Notes under the pieces: model-generated
Database searches by the model: none
The model's input: the letters and a program-made list of their open reading frames with translations, nothing else
Told to the model about the DNA's origin: nothing
Translations under genes and position numbers: made by a program
Origin: an uncultured Ignavibacteria bacterium
Lineage (GTDB): Bacteria > Zixibacteria > MSB-5A5 > WJJR01
Direction of reading: 5' to 3'
Assembly (NCBI GenBank): GCA_964593585.1
Contig: CAZQIZ010000001.1
Location: forward strand, 64,528 to 128,527
DNA: 64,000 bases
In this document: piece by piece, positions 28,831 through 39,000 of the stretch
Layout of the letters: each line of letters opens with the position of its first letter
Numbering within the stretch: the first letter of the stretch is position 1

Positions 28831-29942
28831 TGCGCCGCGACCGTTGGGTGCGTTTGCGGGAACTGGTCCGCAAGGAGTTCCTGCAGATCCGCCGCGATCC
28901 GCGGCTGATGCGGATCATCCTGATTGCGCCGATCTTCCAATTGATCGTGTTCGGCTATGCCGTCTCGACCGATGTGCGACGGACCGCGCTGTTTTTGGTC
29001 GATCTGGACAACACCCAGTCCTCGCGCGCGCTCACCGAGGCCTTCACCTCTTCCGAGTATTCCCGGATCGCGGGCGCCTCCTCACGGCCGGAGGATCTGG
29101 TTTCCGCCCTCGACCATGCCGACGCGATTGTGGGGTTGGAAATCCCGCGCGGTTTCGCCGATGATCTCGCCTCTGGGACCGCGCAAGTGCAGCTGCTCTT
29201 CGATGGCTCCAACTCGAACATGGCGACCATCTCGCGCGGCTACGCCGAGCGGATCATTGGCCAGTTTGCCCGCCGGCACAGCCCCGAAACCGCGCCGCCG
29301 ACGATCGATCTGCGGACCCGTGCCTGGTTCAATCCCGATCTCGAAAGCCGCGACTACAACGTGCCGGGTGTGGTGGCCTTGATCATTCTCCTGGTCGGAA
29401 TGCTCCTGACCTCGCTGGCGGTGGTGCGCGAACGCGAAATCGGCACCCTCGAGCAACTGATGGTCAGTCCGCTCACCTCGATGGAGCTGATCATCGGCAA
29501 GACCATTCCCTTTGCCATCATCGGCCTGATTGATCTGGGACTGGTCACGACCGTCGGCATCCTCTGGTTCGGGATTCCGTTTAACGGCAACCCCATCCTG
29601 CTGATCGTAAGTTGCATGGTCTATCTCCTGCCGACGCTGGGTCTGGGACTTCTGATTTCGACTGTTTCCAAGACTCAGCAGGAAGCGTTCATGCTTAGCT
29701 TCCTGGTCCTGATGCCGGTCATTCTGCTGTCGGGCTTCATGTTTCCGGTCAGCAGCATGCCCGAAATCTTCCAGCAGACGACCCTGCTGAATCCGGTGCG
29801 GCACTTCCTCGAGATCATCCGCGGCATCTTCCTCAAGGGCGCCGGAATCTCGGTGCTCTGGCCGCAGCTGCTCTGGCTGGCGGGGATGGGAATCGCGGTC
29901 ATGGCCCTGGCGGCCTCGCGCTTCCAGAAGACCGCGCGGTAA
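28830..29942 (+). CDS. ABC-2 family transporter permease (second).
   Basis: Paralogous to the preceding permease. Start at the ATG at 28830 overlaps the upstream stop; the 28317 extension is rejected. Confidence 0.8.
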   Translation: MRRDRWVRLRELVRKEFLQIRRDPRLMRIILIAPIFQLIVFGYAVSTDVRRTALFLVDLDNTQSSRALTEAFTSSEYSRIAGASSRPEDLVSALDHADAIVGLEIPRGFADDLASGTAQVQLLFDGSNSNMATISRGYAERIIGQFARRHSPETAPPTIDLRTRAWFNPDLESRDYNVPGVVALIILLVGMLLTSLAVVREREIGTLEQLMVSPLTSMELIIGKTIPFAIIGLIDLGLVTTVGILWFGIPFNGNPILLIVSCMVYLLPTLGLGLLISTVSKTQQEAFMLSFLVLMPVILLSGFMFPVSSMPEIFQQTTLLNPVRHFLEIIRGIFLKGAGISVLWPQLLWLAGMGIAVMALAASRFQKTAR

Positions 29943-29962
29943 TGACGACATCAGGTGTTGTC

Positions 29963-29982
29963 GCCCCCGCGAAAGCGGGGGC
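29963..29982 (+). terminator. GC-rich hairpin after the ABC-2 operon.
   Basis: gcccccgc-gaaa-gcgggggc, a perfect 8-bp stem. Confidence 0.35.
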
Positions 29983-30105
29983 CCAAACCATGGCCGCCGC
30001 GTCTGGATTCCCGCGTGCGCGGGAATAACTAAGGGATGGAATCCTCGTCCCCGCGTCCCTCGGCTTCGCTCGGCATAACACTCCCGAGGACAGGGACTCC
30101 CCGCG

Positions 30106-30142
30106 AATAAAATCCCCCGCCGCGTGGCCGCGGCGGGGGATT
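30106..30142 (-). terminator. Rho-independent terminator of the giant gene 30168..35525.
   Basis: Perfect 14-bp stem aatcccccgccgcg-tggc-cgcggcgggggatt, followed on the minus strand by TTATT. Confidence 0.6.
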
Positions 30143-30167
30143 CTTACAACGTGGTGCGATCGTGGGG

Positions 30168-33100
30168 CTACTTCAGAAGCAGCATCTTCTTCGTTTCGAC
30201 CCGATCGCCCAACTGCAGACGATAGAAGTAGATCCCGCTGGCAAGCATGTTGCCGTGCTCGTCGGTGCCCGTCCAGGTCACATGATGCGCGCCCGGACCC
30301 TGGTACTCGCTGACAAGGGTGGCCACGCGCTGGCCGAGGATGTTGTACACCGCCAGATCGACCTGACCGTCCTTGTGCAACGAGTAGGAGATCACCGTTG
30401 ACGCATTGAACGGGTTCGGGTAGTTCTGGTCGAGACTGTACTCGGCCGGGACCGGTTTGACCAGACTGCCGCCCGTCGACGTCACGATCGGCAGCGTGTC
30501 GCCGCAGTAGATCAGGAAGCGGCATTCATCAAAGCCGGTGTTGATCGCGTCGACGGCGTAGTTGATCGACGCCAGGGACGCGCCGGCGGTGTTCCAACCC
30601 GCCAAGGCGCGATTGGCCAGCTCCAGCAATCCACCCACCGTCTCCGGCAGACCGAGGCTGTCCAGCGCGCTCAAGACCGACACCGGGATGTAGTGCGTCG
30701 ATGTCGGATCATCGAACGTGCCCAGGATGCCGTCGAGGCCCGGATTGAGGACATCGTCCTCGGTTCCATAGAGGCGATCCGGACCGGGGAGAGCATCCTG
30801 CGTGATGAACACCGGGCACAGGTCGAGGTTGGCCAGGGCATCGCAGCAAAGCCGCAGGTTGAGCGCCAGCGTGATCGTCTGGCCCAGCAGGATGTTGCGG
30901 AACTTGCCCTTCTTGTCCACCGGGAGCGTGACCGGCGTCTGGCAAGTCGCCTGGTTGATCATCGCGTCGCCGAGCCCGTCGGGCAAAGCCGAAGCCGTGC
31001 CGCCGGCCGGGAGGCGTTCGATGATGCACATGTAATCGGCCTGCTCAAAGGTGACCGAACGCCCCGGCTTGCCGATCACCAACGGTGTGGCCAGCAAGTC
31101 ATAGACCAGGTCGGTGCGAACCACCCCGTTGAACTTGCCGTTGGGATTGCCGTAGGCGCCCTGCGTCAACGTGCAGAACTCGCGGCTCTGTGTCACCTCG
31201 ACGCAGAAGGTGCAATCGACAGTGTCGCACTCGTCGGCAACGGCAACCGTGAAGCACCAGATCCCCGGCTCCTCATCGGCCAGCCAGGCAAAGTGGCCTT
31301 CGTCGTCGATCGACGGCGTGTTGAACGGCACTGTCGGCGCGCCATCGAGCGTGATCTCGGTGATCGTAACCGCCAGGACCGAATCGTCATCGTCGTGGAA
31401 CACAACCGTGGCGAAGACGCTGTCGCCCACCATCACCGGCAGGGTGTCGGATTGGCATTCGATCGTCGGCGGCGTGTTGATGACAAACGTCACCGTAAAC
31501 GAGTCGCGGCAGGTGTCGCACAACCCGATGCACTCGGTGCCGACCGTGACCGTCTCGGATGCCTCCGGCGTGTAGCACCACAGCGAATCCTCGTCGTTGT
31601 AAGCGCCCGGTCCGAACGCGAGACGGCAGGAGCCAAATTGCGCATACACCGGCAGGCACACTTCCATCGACTCGCAGAGATAGATGGTGGTGTCATCCGG
31701 CACGGTGCAGATCGGCGGCTGCGGGTTGGGGGTGGTGATGAACACGAAGGTTGTGCAGGCCTCGGCGCAGGGCACGTCGGCGCAGATGATCGTATCATAC
31801 AGCGTCAATCCGCGTTCCGTGGTGGTGAAGCTCCACACATTGTCAACGAAGTGCACCAGATCATTGGTGTTGGTGCAGATCACCGAGTCACCTTCCGGAT
31901 CGGTTGTAACCATCTGGAAGGTGTAGTTGAACGGCGGGCACGGCGGCGCGGGGCTCAACGGACGGAAGTCGCAGGAGGGCCCTTCGTTGACCGTGAATGT
32001 GACCTCGAAGGTTCCGCGGCAGGTATTGCCGCAGTCGTCGACGCAGCTGATCGTCACCGCCACCGTCTCATTACCCGTCGGTGTGTAACACCACTGACCG
32101 GCATCAAGCACACCGGGCCCGTCGACCAAGCTGCAAACAACTCCGGGGTCACAGTTGTCGGTTGCCGAGACCGGCAGACAGACCTCGGCCGGGTCGCACT
32201 GGAAGAAGCTGGTGTCAGGCGGCAGGATACAAGCCGGCGGAGTGGTGTCATCGACGGTGATCGTCTGCGTGCAGTCAGTGAAGTTGCCGCAGTCGTCGGT
32301 CGCCCGGTAGGTGCGGGTGATCGTGCCGCCGCACGGATCGGTCAACGGACTGTCGCCCACCCAGCTCACGGTCACATTGCCGCAGTTGTCACGTGCCACG
32401 ACCAACGAGATATCCGGAGCCGGGACATCGTCCGGGCACTGGACACTGACCGGAGGCGGACAGGTGGCGGTCGGCGGCGTGGTGTCATCGACCGTGATCG
32501 TCTGCGTGCAGTCAGTGAAGTTGCCGCAGTCGTCGGTCGCCCGGTAGGTGCGGGTGATCGTGCCGCCGCACGGATCGGTCAACGGACTGTCGCCCACCCA
32601 GCTCACGGTCACATTGCCGCAGTTGTCACGTGCCACGACCAACGAGATATCCGGAGCCGGGACATCGTCCGGGCACTGGACACTGACCGGAGGCGGACAG
32701 GTGGCGGTCGGCGGCGTGGTGTCATCGACCGTGATCGTCTGCGTGCAGTCAGTGAAGTTGCCGCAGTCGTCGGTCGCCCGGTAGGTGCGGGTGATCGTGC
32801 CGCCGCACGGATCGGTCAACGGACTGTCGCCCACCCAGCTCACGGTCACATTGCCGCAGTTGTCACGTGCCACGACCAACGAGATATCCGGAGCCGGGAC
32901 ATCGTCCGGGCACTGGACACTGACCGGAGGCGGACAGGTGGCGGTCGGCGGCGTGGTGTCATCGACCGTGATCGTCTGCGTGCAGTCAGTGAAGTTGCCG
33001 CAGTCGTCGGTCGCCCGATAGGTGCGGGTGATGAACCCGCCGCACGGATCGGTGAGCGGCGTGTCGCCGCGCCATGTTACTGCGACCTCGCTGCAATCAT

Positions 33101-35525
33101 CGGAGGTGATGACCCGCGAGATGTCCGGCGCCGGCACGTCCTCGACGCACTGCACGCTGGTATCCGGCGGGCAGGTGATCGTCGGCGGCGTGCTGTCATC
33201 CAACGTGATCGATTGTTCGCATTGGACTGCATTGCCGCAATAATCGGTCGCCGTCCAGGTGCGGGTGATGGTCATCTCCGCGGCGCAGCGGCCCGGCACG
33301 GTGTCGTCGACGAAGGTGATATCCAACGCGTTGTCGCAGTTGTCGTCGAAGACCGGCGTTCCAAAAGCGACCGTCGCGTCGCAATCAATGGTCGCGTCGA
33401 TCGGGCAGGAGACCACCGCCGGATCGTTTGTGTCGTCGACGGTGATCCATTGCGTGCAATCCGCCGAATTGCCGCAGTCGTCAGTCGCTCGATAGGTGCG
33501 AGTGATATATCCACCGCACGAATCGGTCAGCGGACCGTCGCCCACCCAAGTGATCGTCACTTCGCTGCAGTCATCGGTGGCCGAAACCAGCGAAATGTCC
33601 GGATCGGGCACATCGCCCACGCACTGCACGGCAACCGGCGGCGGGCAGGTGATCGACGGCGGGGTGTTGTCCTGCTTGGTGATCGACTGATCGCAGACCG
33701 CCGTGTTGCCGCAGTCGTCGGTGGCCGTCCAGGTGCGGGTCACGGTCATCTCCGCCGGGCAATCGCCGGGGGTGGTGTCCTGCACGAAGGTCACGGTCAG
33801 GTTTTCGTCGCAATTGTCATCAAACGACGGTGTGCCGAAAACAATCGAAGCGTTGCAGTCGATGGTGGCGTCGACCGGGCACGAAACAACCGTCGGGTCC
33901 ACCGTGTCATTGACCATGACGGTCAGCGAGCACACCGCAATGCAACCGAGGATCGGCTCGGTGACCCGGAGCCGCAGTGTGAAGGGGGCGCCGCATGTCG
34001 CGCCGGCGTCGACGCTGACCGTCCGCTCGTTCGTCGGCCCGGAAATCGTCCCATTGCCGACGATCGACCACTGGTATGCGTAGTTGCCCAAGGGGCCGTC
34101 GTAGCTATTGCCGGTTGACGAAGGACAGACCAGGAGATCCCCGGTGATGGAGCAGGGCGGCGTGGGAATGACGACCAGCTGGACTTCGCAGACAGTCTGT
34201 GTCCGCTCCTGATCGGTCACCGTCACGACGTACGTTCCCGCGTCGGCGGGCGTGGCCCCAAGGATGGTGACACAGGCCTCGGCCGGGCAGGGGCAACCGG
34301 GTCCGGACCAGGTGTAAGTGTATGGCCCGAGACCGCCGGTGACGCTTACGCAGAGACGCGCATCGGCGCCTTCACAGACACGGACAGTATCCGGTGTCGG
34401 GTCGCAAACCAGCGGCGGCGTGCAGACCGTGGCGGCCGACAGCGAACGGTCGGTGTTGCCCAGATTCGGCTCGGGGCAGTTGGACGGGGAGAAGCCCTCC
34501 CAGTCAATCAGACGCATGTGGTATGGCGAGCCGCTGATGTCAGAGGCCGAGCGGGGATCTGCGCCCAATGTGCCGCAGGGAACCGTCACGCCATTGAATT
34601 CGCAGCCCCAGGCATCGCGGCAGGCGATGTGGCCGCCCCACGCAAGGACGACATATTCTTGGCCGGGGTCGATGACCACCACCATGCGCGCTTCTGACTG
34701 GGCCGCGGATAGGTTGCCTTCCTCGCCTTCGACGCATTTGTTGCCGTCCCCCGTTCCCAGCGGGTAATCGGCGTAGTACATGTTCACGATCCGTCCGCCC
34801 CAAATGCGCATCTCGCGCTCGACCGCCGGCAGGGAGTGACAGCAGTTCTCCGGCTGGGTGCCGTTGGGCAGATCGCCGTACGGGTCATCGCACTCCGGGC
34901 AGGGAATCTGATAGGCGTGCGTCCAATCGTTGATCGCGCCGCCGAAGAGCGGAGTGCCGTAGGTCGGATCGGGAAAGAATGGGTCGATGTTGTGATCCCC
35001 GACCGGGAACTCGCAGGTCGAGCCGGGAAGGTGCAGCCGGTTGTAGCTGGTCAGAAAGTCGATCGCATGCGCGCCGCTGTGCTTGATATCGTACCCCAGG
35101 ACCAGACGGATCGAGTCGGTCCCGTCGTAACAGGCCGATGGGATGTTGGAGATTTTCGCGCGATACGGGATCGACCAATGTTCCTCAAGGTGGCCCTGCT
35201 GATCGCCAACGTTGCCATTCTGCCAGTTGGGCTGACCGTTGGTTTCGTCTGGCTTGTCCGCCGACCCATTGCGCAACTGGTCCAGATCGATGGACATGGG
35301 CGCGGCAATCCCGTCGGGTGACAGCACGATCAACGACGGTGGCTCCGGTTCCAGGTCAAGCTGCGCCAGCGCCAATCCGGGCAGAAACAGCACGGCCAGG
35401 ACCGGCAGACACCAGCGCGCCAGTCGACATACACTCTCAGTGCTCATTGTCCTCCTCCTTCGGGGGCAGGAACTTCGTTGGTAACGCGTTGGGGGGTGTC
35501 TTCTCCACGGTATTCCTTGCTCCAA
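30168..35525 (-). CDS. Giant (1785 aa) T9SS-secreted surface protein. Signal peptide, then a conserved unknown N-terminal domain (about 400 aa), an array of HYR/Ig-like repeats (including 3 identical copies), a conserved unknown C-terminal domain (about 450 aa), and a Por/T9SS C-terminal sorting domain.
   Basis: Signal 'LPVLAVLFLPGLALA'. Repeats 'TRTYRATDDCGNFTDCTQTITVDD'. C-terminal 'LDQNYPNPFNASTVISYSL...GIYFYRLQLGDRVETKKMLLLK' (T9SS CTD). Paralogous to 36072..40688. Confidence 0.8.
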   Translation of the reverse strand: MEQGIPWRRHPPTRYQRSSCPRRRRTMSTESVCRLARWCLPVLAVLFLPGLALAQLDLEPEPPSLIVLSPDGIAAPMSIDLDQLRNGSADKPDETNGQPNWQNGNVGDQQGHLEEHWSIPYRAKISNIPSACYDGTDSIRLVLGYDIKHSGAHAIDFLTSYNRLHLPGSTCEFPVGDHNIDPFFPDPTYGTPLFGGAINDWTHAYQIPCPECDDPYGDLPNGTQPENCCHSLPAVEREMRIWGGRIVNMYYADYPLGTGDGNKCVEGEEGNLSAAQSEARMVVVIDPGQEYVVLAWGGHIACRDAWGCEFNGVTVPCGTLGADPRSASDISGSPYHMRLIDWEGFSPSNCPEPNLGNTDRSLSAATVCTPPLVCDPTPDTVRVCEGADARLCVSVTGGLGPYTYTWSGPGCPCPAEACVTILGATPADAGTYVVTVTDQERTQTVCEVQLVVIPTPPCSITGDLLVCPSSTGNSYDGPLGNYAYQWSIVGNGTISGPTNERTVSVDAGATCGAPFTLRLRVTEPILGCIAVCSLTVMVNDTVDPTVVSCPVDATIDCNASIVFGTPSFDDNCDENLTVTFVQDTTPGDCPAEMTVTRTWTATDDCGNTAVCDQSITKQDNTPPSITCPPPVAVQCVGDVPDPDISLVSATDDCSEVTITWVGDGPLTDSCGGYITRTYRATDDCGNSADCTQWITVDDTNDPAVVSCPIDATIDCDATVAFGTPVFDDNCDNALDITFVDDTVPGRCAAEMTITRTWTATDYCGNAVQCEQSITLDDSTPPTITCPPDTSVQCVEDVPAPDISRVITSDDCSEVAVTWRGDTPLTDPCGGFITRTYRATDDCGNFTDCTQTITVDDTTPPTATCPPPVSVQCPDDVPAPDISLVVARDNCGNVTVSWVGDSPLTDPCGGTITRTYRATDDCGNFTDCTQTITVDDTTPPTATCPPPVSVQCPDDVPAPDISLVVARDNCGNVTVSWVGDSPLTDPCGGTITRTYRATDDCGNFTDCTQTITVDDTTPPTATCPPPVSVQCPDDVPAPDISLVVARDNCGNVTVSWVGDSPLTDPCGGTITRTYRATDDCGNFTDCTQTITVDDTTPPACILPPDTSFFQCDPAEVCLPVSATDNCDPGVVCSLVDGPGVLDAGQWCYTPTGNETVAVTISCVDDCGNTCRGTFEVTFTVNEGPSCDFRPLSPAPPCPPFNYTFQMVTTDPEGDSVICTNTNDLVHFVDNVWSFTTTERGLTLYDTIICADVPCAEACTTFVFITTPNPQPPICTVPDDTTIYLCESMEVCLPVYAQFGSCRLAFGPGAYNDEDSLWCYTPEASETVTVGTECIGLCDTCRDSFTVTFVINTPPTIECQSDTLPVMVGDSVFATVVFHDDDDSVLAVTITEITLDGAPTVPFNTPSIDDEGHFAWLADEEPGIWCFTVAVADECDTVDCTFCVEVTQSREFCTLTQGAYGNPNGKFNGVVRTDLVYDLLATPLVIGKPGRSVTFEQADYMCIIERLPAGGTASALPDGLGDAMINQATCQTPVTLPVDKKGKFRNILLGQTITLALNLRLCCDALANLDLCPVFITQDALPGPDRLYGTEDDVLNPGLDGILGTFDDPTSTHYIPVSVLSALDSLGLPETVGGLLELANRALAGWNTAGASLASINYAVDAINTGFDECRFLIYCGDTLPIVTSTGGSLVKPVPAEYSLDQNYPNPFNASTVISYSLHKDGQVDLAVYNILGQRVATLVSEYQGPGAHHVTWTGTDEHGNMLASGIYFYRLQLGDRVETKKMLLLK
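32250..33021. repeat. Tandem array of 237-bp repeats. Three 100% identical copies at 32311..33021, plus diverged copies on to about 33690.
   Basis: The six-frame track shows three identical 78-aa antisense ORFs at 32311, 32548 and 32785. The DNA is identical over 3 x 237 bp and encodes in-frame HYR-like repeats of the giant protein. Confidence 0.9.
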
Positions 35526-36015
35526 ATGGCCGGCTTGATCGCCGCCCGTGAACGCAACGTCTTCGCAGCGTGGTGGAACTCTCGTGACTGATGTTCGAAG
35601 TGCCAGCGACCTCCCTGCTGACGGATCAGAACGACGGCGAAACGGAGACGTCCTTCATGCAATCACAATATGCTTGTGAACCTCGTCACGATACAAGCGT
35701 TGCTGGCAACACCTCAACGACTCCTTGAGTGTAAACGACTCTGACTGTGATTAGTGGAATTAATAGAGGCGGACGGAAGGGATGCCAGCAGAATCTTTTA
35801 GTGCCCGTACGGGCGGTCATATACGACCGCGCGAGGTATAGGTGAGTAATACTATACTAAATACCCAATATCACATGATCGCCCGTTGAATCCGCGCTCT
35901 TGGGGGCGAGGTACCCATCGGCAGACTAACCGCGTAAACGGCTGCGAGTTGATGGGCTGCGGTCGAGGCATGACCGCTGGTGCCATGCGGTAAGAGCGCG
36001 ACAGGAACAAAGAAA

Positions 36016-36046
36016 GTCCCCCACCGCGAACGACGCGGTGGGGGAC
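36016..36046 (-). terminator. Rho-independent terminator of the giant gene 36072..40688.
   Basis: gtcccccaccgcg-aacga-cgcggtgggggac, a perfect 13-bp stem followed on the minus strand by a T-rich tract (tttctttgtt). Confidence 0.6.
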
Positions 36047-36071
36047 AGGCAGAGCGAGTGCATTACAGCGA

Positions 36072-39000
36072 TTACTTCAGCAAGACCATCTTCCGGGTCT
36101 GGACCTGACCGCCGATCTGCAGACGATAGAAGTAGATCCCGCTGGCGATCGTGTTGCCGTTGTCGTCCGCGCCGGTCCAGGTCACCCGGTAGGTGCCGGG
36201 GGCCTGGAAGTCGCTGACCAGGGTGGCCACACGCTGCCCGAGGACGTTGTACACCGCCAGATCGACCTGACCGTCGTGCGCCAGCGAGTAGGAGATCACT
36301 GTCGCGGCGTTGAACGGGTTCGGGTAGTTCTGGTCAAGCGTGTACTCCGACGGCACCGCTTTGGCGAGACTGCCGGTGGTCGACGCGGCCACGGCCGGGA
36401 GCGTTTCGCCGCAGAAGACCACGAAGCGACACTCGTCGAAGCCGCGGTTGATCGCGTCGACGGCATAGTTGATCGTCGACAGCGATGCCCCGCCCGTCGG
36501 CCAGGCCGCGAGCGCGCGATTGGCCAACTCGAGCAGGCCGGCCACGGTCTGCGGCAGACCCAGGGCGTCGAGCGCATCGAGCACCGACTGCGGGATGTAG
36601 AAGATCGCCACCGGATCGTCGAAGGTGCCGAGCGTGTTGTCCGGACCCGGATTCAGGACATCGTCATCGGTGCCCATCAGGCCATCGGAACCCGGCAGCG
36701 CATCGTGCGTCACAAACACCGGGCACAGGCCAAAGGTGCCCAGCTCGGCATCCAGACGCGTGTTCAGCGCCAGGGTGATCGTCTGACCCAGCAGGATGTT
36801 GCGGAACTTGCCCTTCTTGTCGACCGGCAGCGGCGTCGGCGTCTGGCAGGTGGCCGAATTGATCGCCGCGTTGCCCAGCGCGGTCACGAAGGTGTCCGCC
36901 GGTCCGCCCGCGGGCAGACGCTCGATGATGCACATGTAGTCGGTCTGGTCAAAGGTCACCGAACGTCCCGGCTTGCCGATGACCAGCGGACTGGACAGGA
37001 GGTTGAAGATGAGATCGGTGCGGACCACGCCGTTGAACTTGCCCTCGGCGTTGCCGTAGGCGCCCTGCGTGAGACTGCAGAACTCCTCCTCCTGTGTGAC
37101 TTCCACACAGAAGGTGCAGGTGTCGGCCACGCACTCATCGGCCGCCTCGATGGTGAAACACCAGACCCCCGCCTGATCGTCGGCCTGCCATTCGAAATGG
37201 CCGGCGCTGTCGATCGACGGCTCGTTGGCCGGCGTCGTCGGCACGCCGTCGAGGGTCACGCCGATGATCGTCACCGCCAGCGTGGAATCGTCGCCGTCGG
37301 TGATCGGGATGTCGAGCGTGACGCTGTCGCCGGCGGCCACCACCAGCGAATCATCCGGGCAGTCGATCGCCGGCGGCTCGTTGATGATGAAGGCCACCGT
37401 GAACGAGTCGCGGCAGGTGTCGCAGATGCCGACGCACTCGATGCCCACCGTCACCGTGTCGGAGACCTCCGGCGTGTAACACCAGAAGGAATCGACATGG
37501 GTGCCGGGACCGAAGGTGATGCTGCACGAACCGAACTCGGCGAACAACGGCAGGCAGATTTCCGTCGACTCGCACAGGTAGATCGTGGTGTCGTTCGGCG
37601 CGTGGCAGATCGGCGGCTGCGGATTGGGCGTGTTGATGAACACATAGGACGTGCACGCCTCGCCGCAGGGCACATCGGCGCAGATGATCGTGTCCACGAT
37701 CGTTTCGCCGGACCCGGCCGTGTAGCTCCAGACACCGTCGACGAACGAGACATTCGGGTTGGTGTTGACGCACACCACCGAGTCGCCGTCCGGATCGGTC
37801 GTCGTCATCTGGAAGGTGTAGAGGAACGGCGGGCACGGCCCGGGCGGGGCCAGCTCGCCGAACTGGCAGGTCGGCCCCTCGTTGATCTCGAAGGTGACCG
37901 CAAAGGACGACTCACAGGTGTTGCCGCAGTCGTCGGTGCAAACAACCGTGACATTGACCGTCTCATCGCCGGTCGGCGTGTAGCACCACTGGCCATTGGA
38001 CAACGTCCCCGGACCCGCGGTGATGACGCACGACACCGACGGATCGCAGTTGTCGCTGGCGGAGACCGGCAGGCAGACACGCGCCGGGTCGCACTGGGCG
38101 ATGGTCGTGTCGTTCGGCGCCGAACAGATCGGATCGGTCGTATCCTGACGCGTCACCGTCTGCGAGCAGGTGTCGGCGTTGCCGCAGGCATCCATCGCCT
38201 CCCAGGTCCGGGTGTAGCTGGACTCGGCGGCGCAGGCGCCGGGCGCGGCAATCGTCGAAAGGATACGAATCGTCACCTCGGAACAATCATCCGTGGCGAA
38301 CGGCTCACCGAAGGCCAGGACCGCGGCGCAATCGATGGTCGTGTCGGCCGGGCAGCTCAGCACCGGCGCGGTGATGTCCTGCTTGGTGATTGTCCGCGAG
38401 CAGGTGTCGGCATTGCCGCAGGCATCGGTCGCCACCCAGGTGCGGGTGTAGCTGGACTCGGCGGCGCAGGCGCCGGGCGTGGCAATCGTCGACAAAATGC
38501 TGATCGTCACATCTGAGCAGTTGTCGGTCGCCGAGGGCCGGCCAAAGTTCAGATCGGCGGCACAGTCGATGACGGTGTCGGCGGCACAGGTAATCACCGG
38601 CGGGGTGTTATCCTGCTTGGTGATCGTCTGCGAGCAGGTGTCGGCGTTGCCGCAGGCGTCCGTCGCCACCCAGGTGCGGGTGTAGCTGGATTCCGCCGGG
38701 CAGGCGCCGGGTGTGGCGATCGTCGAAAGGACCGAAATCGTAACCTGCGAGCAGTCATCGGTCGCCGATGGCTGGCCGAAATTCACTGCGGCGGCGCAAT
38801 CAATGGTCTGATTGTCCGGGCAGGTAATGACCGGCGGCGTATTGTCCTGGATCCGGATCGATTGATCGCAGGTGACAAAGTTGCCGCAGTCATCGGTCGC
38901 CGTCCATGTGCGGGTCACCGTTTTCTCCGCCGGACAATCGCCGGGCACGGTGTCCTGCGCAACCGTCACGGTCAGCGCGTTGTCGCAGTTGTCGTCAAAC

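Noticed and set aside
28317-29942. 541-aa version of the second ABC-2 permease.
   Set aside because: The upstream part is an out-of-frame overlap of the first permease. The ATG at 28830 gives a paralogous full-length permease.
29960-30142. Several GC-rich perfect hairpins resembling CRISPR repeats (gtcgcccccgcgaaagcgggggc; attcccgcgtgcgcgggaat; aatcccccgccgcgtggccgcggcgggggatt).
   Set aside because: Each sequence occurs once and they are unrelated to one another. There are no regular spacers and no cas genes. Their positions fit intrinsic terminators for the convergent ABC-2 operon and the giant gene.
30693-34118. 1141-aa ORF on the plus strand inside the giant T9SS gene. Also 36276..38516 (746 aa) and 38862..40643 (593 aa) inside the paralogue.
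   Set aside because: Antisense to strongly supported genes (signal peptide, HYR repeats, T9SS CTD). The translations are Arg/Gly/Asp-rich low-complexity sequence, typical of high-GC antisense frames.
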